Assembly (NCBI GenBank): GCA_963588535.1
Contig: CAVAII010000035.1
Span: 1-49,612, forward strand
Direction: 5' to 3'
From: Erysipelotrichaceae bacterium
GTDB taxonomy: Bacteria > Bacteroidota > Bacteroidia > Bacteroidales > P3
DNA length: 49,612 nt
Shown: in pieces, positions 42,904 to 49,612 of the stretch
Position numbering within the stretch: position 1 is the first letter of the stretch
Layout of the letters: the number at the start of each line of letters is the position of its first letter
Made by a program: the position numbers and the translations under genes
Notes under the pieces: model-generated
Database searches by the model: none
What the model saw: only the letters and a program-made list of their open reading frames with translations
Told to the model about the DNA's origin: nothing

Positions 42904-43647
42904 ATGATACCTTTCAAGATAATAGAGGTAGAGAAGACAGCCTCGACTCAGAGTCTTATTTTGGAGATGGATAGAGAGGGGGAGATGAGGGAATATACTG
43001 TTGTAGTGACGACAGATCAGACTTCGGGAAGAGGACAAGGCAAGAATGTGTGGGAGAGCGAGAGGGGGAAGAATCTATCGTTTTCTATGGTATTGGAGCC
43101 GATATGCACGGAGGCAAGCGAACAATTTTTGATTACACAATTTATTTCTTTGGCCATTGTGGATGCTTTAAAGGAGTATGCAGTGGAGGGGGTTAGGATT
43201 AAATGGCCTAATGATATATATGTAGGGGAGAAAAAGATCTGCGGTGTTTTGATACAGAATAATGTTATAGGCAATCAGATAAGCAAGACATATATAGGTA
43301 TTGGGATTAATGTTAATCAGAGGAAGTTCGTCTTGGCACCTAATCCTACTTCTATTGCTTTGGAAAAAGGGAGAGAATATGATTTAAGGGGGGTATTGGA
43401 GAAGGTACTAAAGAGAGTACTTGTTAGGTATGAGATGTTGAAGGAAGGTAAGAGAGAAGAGTTAAAAAGGGAGTATTTGGATTTGCTACTGTATAGGGGA
43501 GAGAAGAGGAAGTATGTGTATAGGGATAAGGAGATAGAGGCGAAGATAGAGAATGTTAATTGTTTTGGACACTTGATATTAGAGACAGAGAGAGGGGGGA
43601 AGATAGTTTGCGAATTGAAGGAGTTGAGGTTTGTAATAGGGAAATAA
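42904..43647 (+). CDS. birA: Biotin--[acetyl-CoA-carboxylase] ligase (class I, no HTH)
   Basis: TDQTSGRGQGKNVWESERG (GRGRxGRxW-type), KWPNDIYVGEKKICGVLIQ. 247 aa. Confidence 0.85.
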   Translation: MIPFKIIEVEKTASTQSLILEMDREGEMREYTVVVTTDQTSGRGQGKNVWESERGKNLSFSMVLEPICTEASEQFLITQFISLAIVDALKEYAVEGVRIKWPNDIYVGEKKICGVLIQNNVIGNQISKTYIGIGINVNQRKFVLAPNPTSIALEKGREYDLRGVLEKVLKRVLVRYEMLKEGKREELKREYLDLLLYRGEKRKYVYRDKEIEAKIENVNCFGHLILETERGGKIVCELKELRFVIGK

Positions 43648-43825
43648 TCTTGTTGGAGGAGGATTTAAGGGAGAGAAATAAAGGAAAGATCCTAAGCAGA
43701 GAGTATGATAAAGGGGAGATTTTGGGGAGAGTGTTGTAGATTAGGTATCAAGTAGATAAGAGGAGGGGGAGAGAAATATTTTGGAAAAAAGTAGTTTTTT
43801 TTATTGCTATATAGAAAAAATATAA

Positions 43826-43833
43826 TAACTTTG
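43826..43833 (+). promoter_or_regulatory. -7 box TAACTTTG for the hydrogenase operon
   Basis: Exact TAnnTTTG, about 78 nt upstream of ATG 43911. Confidence 0.4.
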
Positions 43834-43910
43834 TACTCAGAATTGAGTATTTTCGATTAAGAGAAGAATATTTAATAAAAGTAATAATAAAATAATAATA
43901 CAAACTTTAT

Positions 43911-44252
43911 ATGGCACAAATCAAAACATTAAATGATTTGCGAGCATTACGGAAGGTGGCTAGTGAGAGAATGGATACTCGTATAAAGGGCAACAAAGCA
44001 GGTTTGCCACAGATAAGAGTAGCCATGGCTACAGCAGGTATTGCCGCAGGAGCGAAGGAGATCTTTGATTATCTAATCGAACAATCCGACAATAGAGGAT
44101 TAGAGGTAGTAGTACTTCAGACAGGAGTTATTGCAGAGGGTAATAACACGCCAGTAGTAGTAGAATTGGCTTTAGCAGACGGACAGACTAAGGTATTTGA
44201 GAGTGTAGACAAGAAGATGGCGGATCAGATATTAGATAGTCTAAAAGGTTAA
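43911..44252 (+). CDS. Thioredoxin-like [2Fe-2S] ferredoxin-fold protein lacking all four cluster cysteines
   Basis: 113 aa. IRVAMATAGIAAGAKEI...VVLQTGVIAEGNNTPVVVEL aligns with the HydB N-terminus in this window (ILVCGGTGCTASLSDKI...VVLTGCFGFCEKGPIVKIM), but every Cys position is replaced. The protein contains no Cys. Confidence 0.6.
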   Translation: MAQIKTLNDLRALRKVASERMDTRIKGNKAGLPQIRVAMATAGIAAGAKEIFDYLIEQSDNRGLEVVVLQTGVIAEGNNTPVVVELALADGQTKVFESVDKKMADQILDSLKG

Positions 44253-44305
44253 TTCTTAATATTTAATCATCACAAAGTTTTAACGAAAAATTAAGGAGAA
44301 AGTAT

Positions 44306-46099
44306 ATGACCAAATACAAGATGCATATTCTTGTCTGTGGGGGTACGGGATGTACAGCCTCATTGAGTGATAAGATAGCAAAAAACTTAAAGGACAATCT
44401 CGCAGATAAGGGATTGGAAAACGATGTTCAAGTGGTTCTTACCGGATGTTTTGGTTTTTGCGAGAAAGGACCTATTGTTAAGATAATGCCAGACAATACT
44501 TTCTATACGGAGGTAAAGCCTGAGGACGCAAAAGAGATAATCGAGGAACATATCATAAAGGGTAGAAAGGTAACACGTTTGCTTTATACCGAGCCAGAGA
44601 GTGGCAAACATATCTCGGACTCTAAGCACATGGGATTCTATAAGAAACAATTGCGTATTGCTTTGCGTAACTGTGGTTTTATAGATCCAGAGAATATAGA
44701 AGAATATATTGCTAACGAGGGTTATGAGGCTTTGGCAAAATGTTTGACAGAGTACACTCCTGCCGATGTAATAGACATAGTTAAGAAATCTGGTCTAAGA
44801 GGTAGAGGTGGAGCAGGATTCCCTACGGGAGTTAAGTGGGAGATTGCTTCTAAGAATCATGCAGATCAGAAATATATTGTCTGCAACGCCGATGAGGGAG
44901 ATCCAGGAGCATTTATGGATCGTTCTATATTGGAAGGCGACCCTAACAGTATAATCGAGGCTATGGCAATAGGTGGTTACGCAATAGGTGCTACTAAGGG
45001 TCTCGTTTATATTAGAGCAGAATATCCTTTGGCTATACATCGTTTGCAAGTGGCTATCAAGCAGGCAAGAGAGTATGGTTTATTAGGTAAGAATATATTT
45101 GGAACGGACTTTGATTTTGATATTGAGTTACGTTACGGAGCAGGTGCTTTTGTATGTGGAGAGGAGACAGCCTTGATACATTCTATGGAGGGTAACAGAG
45201 GTGAGCCTACCTTCAAACCACCATTCCCAGCACAAAGCGGTTATCTACAAAAGCCTACTAATGTTAATAATGTAGAGACATTTGCTAATGTACCTGTTAT
45301 TATTTTGAAGGGTGCTGATTGGTTCTCTTCTATAGGTACGGAGAAATCTAAGGGTACTAAGGTATTTGCGTTGGCAGGACAGATCAACAACGTTGGTTTG
45401 ATAGAGGTGCCAATGGGTACTACGCTTAGAGAGATCATCTACGAGATAGGTGGAGGTATTAAGAATAACAAGAAATTCAAGGCCGTTCAGACAGGAGGAC
45501 CTTCGGGAGGTTGTTTAACGGAGAAACATTTGGATGTTCCTATTGACTATGATTCATTGATGGCTGCAGGATCTATGATGGGTTCGGGTGGTATGGTAGT
45601 AATGGACGAGACGAACTGTATGGTGTCTATTGCTAAGTTCTATTTGGATTTCATAGTAGAGGAGTCTTGCGGTAAGTGTACGCCTTGTCGTATAGGTAAC
45701 AAGAGATTGTATGAGATATTGGATAAGATCACTAAGGGCAAAGGCACAATGGAGGATTTGGATAATCTAAGAAACTTGTCTAAGGTTATTAAGGATACGG
45801 CTCTTTGTGGTTTGGGACAGACTTCGCCTAACCCTGTATTATCTACTATGGATAACTTCTGGGACGAGTACGTTGAGCATGTACAAGAGCATAAATGTCG
45901 TGCAGGCGTATGTAAGGCATTGATGAGATACGAGATCAATCCTAATGTATGTGTTGGTTGTACGGCATGTGCAAGAAATTGTCCTGTTAATGCTATTAAG
46001 GGAGAGAGAAAATCTCCTCATCAAATCAATCAAGAGGTTTGTATTAAGTGTGGAACATGTATAGAAAAGTGTAAATTTGATGCAATCAGTATTAAATAA
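44306..46099 (+). CDS. hydB: NuoF-like flavoprotein subunit HydB of a NAD(H)/ferredoxin-dependent [FeFe]-hydrogenase
   Basis: N-terminal [2Fe-2S] domain (VCGGTGC..TGCFGFC), GRGGAGFPTGVKW, ESCGKCTPCR, and a C-terminal 2x[4Fe-4S] (CVGCTACARNCP, CIKCGTCIEKC). Confidence 0.9.
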   Translation: MTKYKMHILVCGGTGCTASLSDKIAKNLKDNLADKGLENDVQVVLTGCFGFCEKGPIVKIMPDNTFYTEVKPEDAKEIIEEHIIKGRKVTRLLYTEPESGKHISDSKHMGFYKKQLRIALRNCGFIDPENIEEYIANEGYEALAKCLTEYTPADVIDIVKKSGLRGRGGAGFPTGVKWEIASKNHADQKYIVCNADEGDPGAFMDRSILEGDPNSIIEAMAIGGYAIGATKGLVYIRAEYPLAIHRLQVAIKQAREYGLLGKNIFGTDFDFDIELRYGAGAFVCGEETALIHSMEGNRGEPTFKPPFPAQSGYLQKPTNVNNVETFANVPVIILKGADWFSSIGTEKSKGTKVFALAGQINNVGLIEVPMGTTLREIIYEIGGGIKNNKKFKAVQTGGPSGGCLTEKHLDVPIDYDSLMAAGSMMGSGGMVVMDETNCMVSIAKFYLDFIVEESCGKCTPCRIGNKRLYEILDKITKGKGTMEDLDNLRNLSKVIKDTALCGLGQTSPNPVLSTMDNFWDEYVEHVQEHKCRAGVCKALMRYEINPNVCVGCTACARNCPVNAIKGERKSPHQINQEVCIKCGTCIEKCKFDAISIK

Positions 46100-46119
46100 T
46101 TAAGGGAGGAACAGAGAAA

Positions 46120-47898
46120 ATGGAACAGATGATAAATTTAACAATAGATAACAAACAACTCCAAGTTCCTCAAGGGACAAGTTTATTGAAAGCCGCTGCC
46201 TCGATAGGAATTAAGATACCAACATTATGTTATTATGAACTTAAAGGACAGAACATAGAGAACCGTCCAGGTGCTTGTCGTGTCTGTGTAGTAGAGGTTG
46301 AGGGTAGGAGAAATTTGGCTCCTGCTTGTGCAACTGATGCTTTGGAGGGAATGGTAGTACATACTCATTCTTTAAGAGTAGTTAATGCCAGAAGGACAGT
46401 AGTAGAACTTATGCTATCCGATCACCCAGCATCTTGTTTGACTTGTGCTAAGAGTGGCAAATGCGAGTTGCAGACTTTGGCTCAAGAACTTGGTATTAGA
46501 GATATACCTTTCCAAGGGGAGCAATCTACTTATCGCAAGGATATGTCGCCTGCTATCATAAGAGACGTTAATAAATGTATAATGTGTCGTAGATGTGAGA
46601 CAGTATGTAATAAGTTGCAGACTGTTGGAGCATTATCTGCTGTTAATAGAGGATTTATGGCAGTGGTTGCTACGGCGTTTGAGCAAGACTTATCTAAGAG
46701 TCCTTGCGTAATGTGTGGACAATGTGTTCAGGCATGTCCTGTAGGAGCCTTAGCAGAGGTAGACAATACACGTCAGGTTATTAACGCTATCTGCGATCCT
46801 AAGAAGACTGTTGTAGTACAGACTGCACCTGCTGTTCGTGTAGCAATAGGCGAGGAGTTTGGTTTGGAACCTGGTACAAGAGTAACAGGCAAGATGGCTG
46901 CTGCTTTGCGTAGAATAGGATTTGATTATGTATTTGATACTGATTTTGCTGCTGACCTTACCATTATGGAAGAGGGTACAGAGATGTTAGGACGTATCGA
47001 TAGATATATGAAGGGAGATAAGAGTGTTAAGTTACCTATTATGACTTCTTGTTGTCCTGGTTGGGTTAACTTCTTCGAGACTTATTACCCTGATATGTTA
47101 GACGTTCCTTCTACGGCTAAATCTCCAATGCAGATGTTTGGTGCTATTGCTAAGAGTTATTGGGTAGAGAAACTTGGCATTAAGAGAGAGGATATGGTAG
47201 TAGTAAGTATAATGCCATGCGTAGCAAAGAAATTTGAGTGCGGAAGAGATGAGTTTAAGGTAGATGGTAATCCAGACGTTGATTATTCCTTAACGACAAG
47301 AGAGTTGGCAGAGTTGATCAAACAATTCAACATCGATTTCAATTCTTTGCCAGATGAGGACTTTGACAAACCATTAGGCGAGAGTACAGGTGCTGCTGTT
47401 ATCTTTGGTTCTACAGGTGGAGTAATCGAGGCTGCTACACGTACGGCTTACGAGTTATTTACTAAGAAGACTTTGGATAAAGTAGATTTCACAGAGTTAC
47501 GTGGAATGGAAGGCGTTAGAGAGGCAACAGTTGATTTCGCAGGTACGCCTATTCATATCGGTATAGCACATGGTTTGGGCAATGCTCGCAAACTATTGGA
47601 TAAAGTAAGAGAGGGTAAGGAGTTCTTCCATGCAATAGAGGTTATGGCTTGTCCAGGCGGTTGCGTAGGAGGAGCAGGTCAGCCTTATCATCATGGTGAT
47701 TTCACTAAGGTTGAGAAACGTTTGAAGGCAATATATGAGGAAGATAAGGAGAAACCTTTGCGTAAGTCTCATGAGAATCCTTATATTCAACAATTGTACA
47801 AAGAATATTTAGGAGAGCCTTGTTCGGAGAAATCTCATCATTTATTGCATACTCATTACTTTGATAAATCGAGTAAGGTTGAGTTTGTTAAAGAGTAA
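46120..47898 (+). CDS. hydA: [FeFe]-hydrogenase catalytic subunit HydA (group A3-type)
   Basis: N-terminal [2Fe-2S], HPASCLTCAKSGKC, CIMCRRCETVC and CVMCGQCVQACP. H-cluster motifs TSCCPGW, MPCVAKKFE and EVMACPGGCVGGAGQP. Confidence 0.9.
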   Translation: MEQMINLTIDNKQLQVPQGTSLLKAAASIGIKIPTLCYYELKGQNIENRPGACRVCVVEVEGRRNLAPACATDALEGMVVHTHSLRVVNARRTVVELMLSDHPASCLTCAKSGKCELQTLAQELGIRDIPFQGEQSTYRKDMSPAIIRDVNKCIMCRRCETVCNKLQTVGALSAVNRGFMAVVATAFEQDLSKSPCVMCGQCVQACPVGALAEVDNTRQVINAICDPKKTVVVQTAPAVRVAIGEEFGLEPGTRVTGKMAAALRRIGFDYVFDTDFAADLTIMEEGTEMLGRIDRYMKGDKSVKLPIMTSCCPGWVNFFETYYPDMLDVPSTAKSPMQMFGAIAKSYWVEKLGIKREDMVVVSIMPCVAKKFECGRDEFKVDGNPDVDYSLTTRELAELIKQFNIDFNSLPDEDFDKPLGESTGAAVIFGSTGGVIEAATRTAYELFTKKTLDKVDFTELRGMEGVREATVDFAGTPIHIGIAHGLGNARKLLDKVREGKEFFHAIEVMACPGGCVGGAGQPYHHGDFTKVEKRLKAIYEEDKEKPLRKSHENPYIQQLYKEYLGEPCSEKSHHLLHTHYFDKSSKVEFVKE

Positions 47899-47924
47899 GT
47901 TAAACTTTTTAAAACATTAAAAAG

Positions 47925-48404
47925 ATGGCAAGAGTAAAATTAGACGATCGTAAGATTGAAAAGATAAAACAAATCTGTGCAGATCACGGAAACAAAGCCG
48001 GCGAGGCAATAAATATTTTACACGAAGTACAGAATACCTTTGGTTACTTACCTGCTGAGGTTCAAGAGTTGATAGCCGAGCAGATACATGTATCGGTTGC
48101 ACATATCTATGGTATAGTTACCTTCTATTCGTTCTTTACTATGATACCTAAGGGCGAACACCCTATTAGCGTATGCTTGGGAACGGCATGTTATGTACGT
48201 GGTAGTGAGAAAGTATTAGACGAGTTCAAACGTCAATTGGGTATTGGTATTGGCGAGACAACTCCTGATGGTAAGTTCTCATTGAATTGCTTACGTTGTG
48301 TAGGTGCTTGTGGTTTGGCTCCTGTTGCATTGGTTGGCGACAAAGTTTATGGCAGAATCACAACAGAGAAAGTTAAGGACATTATCGCTGAATATCAAGA
48401 CTAA
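47925..48404 (+). CDS. hydC: NuoE-like [2Fe-2S] subunit HydC
   Basis: 159 aa. CLGTACYVRGS and CLRCVGACGLAP provide the four-Cys NuoE pattern. Confidence 0.9.
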   Translation: MARVKLDDRKIEKIKQICADHGNKAGEAINILHEVQNTFGYLPAEVQELIAEQIHVSVAHIYGIVTFYSFFTMIPKGEHPISVCLGTACYVRGSEKVLDEFKRQLGIGIGETTPDGKFSLNCLRCVGACGLAPVALVGDKVYGRITTEKVKDIIAEYQD

Positions 48405-48511
48405 GAAAGAGAGTTAGGTATCTTTTAAGGTGATTAAGAAGATGGAATAGGAGTTTCTGTAGACTTGATTGCTGAAAAGATAGTTTGATATTCTAAGCAA
48501 GATAATAAGTA

Positions 48512-48556
48512 GAGGGACACATTCTTTTTGGAGTGTGTCCCTCGTTTTTATTTTTT
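48512..48556 (+). terminator. Rho-independent terminator after the hydrogenase operon
   Basis: GAGGGACACATTC-(6 nt)-GAGTGTGTCCCTC followed by GTTTTTATTTTTT. Confidence 0.8.
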
Positions 48557-48579
48557 GTTATTAGGTACTTATTAGTCGG

Positions 48580-49612
48580 TTATTTCTCCCTTGGGATTAT
48601 CTTTCTATGGGGCGATTTCTTAGTCTTGCTAATCAATAACAAACCTAAGAAAGTTAATAAGCCGTTAAGGACTAATAACTCGAAGTCAAAGGAATAATTG
48701 AACCACTGCTTAGAGTTGTTGTTTAGAACGAAGCATATAATCGGCGAAAGGACGCAAACCACTGGGACGAATTTGTCTTTTACTATTCTCTTGGTGCTAA
48801 GACCAAAGAAGAATAAGCCCAGTAATGGTCCGTAGGTTATGCTCGCTATTTGGTAGAGGATATCTATCAAGTGTTCGTTCTGATTATGATAGTAGAATAT
48901 TATTATACAAGTGAATAACAATGCAAAACCTAAATGAACTATATGGCGAATATTTGTCTTTTGTTTCTCTGTTTTGTCTGTTCGCTCCTGAAAAGAAAGG
49001 AAGTCGATGCAGAAGGTAGTAGTTAGGGAAGTTAAGGCACCGTCAGCACTTGGGAATAGAGCAGATATCAAACCGATAATAAAGACGATAGATGCCACAG
49101 GAGGCAAATAATTGATAGCAATCTCAGGGAATAACTGGTCGCCAGTCTGTGCAATACCATTCTTAGCCTTGTAGATATACAATGCACTACCTAATAGTAA
49201 GAAAAGAAAATTGACAACAAACAAGATAATCGAGAAAGTCATCATATTCTTTTGAGCACTCTTGATATTCTTGCAACTAAGGTTTTTTTGCATCATCTCT
49301 TGATCCAAACCCGTCATAGCAATGCAGATAAAAGCACCGCCGAGTATCTGTTTCCACCAACAATTTCTACTTGTAGAGTCTGTTTCGATGAAAGTAAAGT
49401 AATCGGAGTGAGTAATCTCAGTTATCATACCCGAGAATGAGAAACCTAACTCTTTGCTTACCATAATAAAGCACATAACTAAGGCAAGTAACATAAAAGT
49501 AGTCTGCAAAGTGTCCGTCCAAACTATCGTCTTTACTCCACCACGAATGGTAAACAATAGAATCAGCGTTAGAAACAGAACAACAGTCAGTTCGAAAGGT
49601 AATCCCCAAGAC
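48580..49612 (-). CDS. Sodium:solute symporter (SSS) family transporter, 5' end outside the window
   Basis: The frame stays open upstream of the ORF-track TTG (49557) to the window edge (..SWGLPFELTVVLFLTLILLFTIRGGVKTIVWTDTLQT..). Multiple TM helices and the GG.K...WTD..Q signature. Confidence 0.75.
   Translation of the reverse strand, partial: SWGLPFELTVVLFLTLILLFTIRGGVKTIVWTDTLQTTFMLLALVMCFIMVSKELGFSFSGMITEITHSDYFTFIETDSTSRNCWWKQILGGAFICIAMTGLDQEMMQKNLSCKNIKSAQKNMMTFSIILFVVNFLFLLLGSALYIYKAKNGIAQTGDQLFPEIAINYLPPVASIVFIIGLISALFPSADGALTSLTTTFCIDFLSFQERTDKTEKQKTNIRHIVHLGFALLFTCIIIFYYHNQNEHLIDILYQIASITYGPLLGLFFFGLSTKRIVKDKFVPVVCVLSPIICFVLNNNSKQWFNYSFDFELLVLNGLLTFLGLLLISKTKKSPHRKIIPREK

Overview
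AT-rich Bacteroidota-like chromosomal segment. The assignment rests on TAnnTTTG-type -7 promoter boxes in most intergenic regions, a general lack of Shine-Dalgarno sequences, and type IX secretion/gliding genes (a PorE-like OmpA protein, GldD, two proteins with type-B T9SS C-terminal domains). I support about 45 protein genes and 2 tRNAs (Ser-UGA, Arg-CCG); there is no rRNA, CRISPR array, transposase or integrase. Core content: rsmG, prmC, ribD, a GT9 glycosyltransferase, corA, pgk fused in frame to an SDR, a C69 dipeptidase, an S41/M28-like envelope operon, ECF sigma plus anti-sigma, aroQ, an HU-like protein, aguA-aguB, an EamA transporter, rpsA, birA, a HydABC-type [FeFe]-hydrogenase operon and a truncated Na+/solute symporter. 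The accessory island at ~30.1-38.9 kb has three transcription units: (i) an Eco47II-like REase plus an HTH-fused C5 DNA methyltransferase, (ii) a RepA/DnaB-like ATPase plus a zinc-finger/Toprim protein, and (iii) a BcgI-like type IIB R-M subunit plus a specificity subunit. Best leads: (1) a textbook -1 frameshift cassette at the R-M/S junction; the S frame has no ATG/GTG start and the only candidate (TTG 37691) clips conserved N-terminal residues, so a slip would fuse R-M to S. (2) A G9 tract and 24-bp tandem repeats inside the S gene, suggesting phase-variable specificity. (3) The ATPase + Toprim pair between two R-M systems with no integrase or relaxase, which is either an orphan replication module or a candidate defence pair. 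(4) A repeated ~130-150 nt intergenic element whose hairpin stems are tetranucleotide repeats with compensatory changes and carry stop codons in all six frames. (5) An anti-sigma-like membrane protein ending in a T9SS type-B sorting domain. (6) A Pgk-SDR fusion. (7) A cysteine-less ferredoxin-fold ORF heading the hydrogenase operon. (8) An orphan promoter-terminator pair that may encode a small RNA. All domain calls come from motif recognition by eye; no searches were run.
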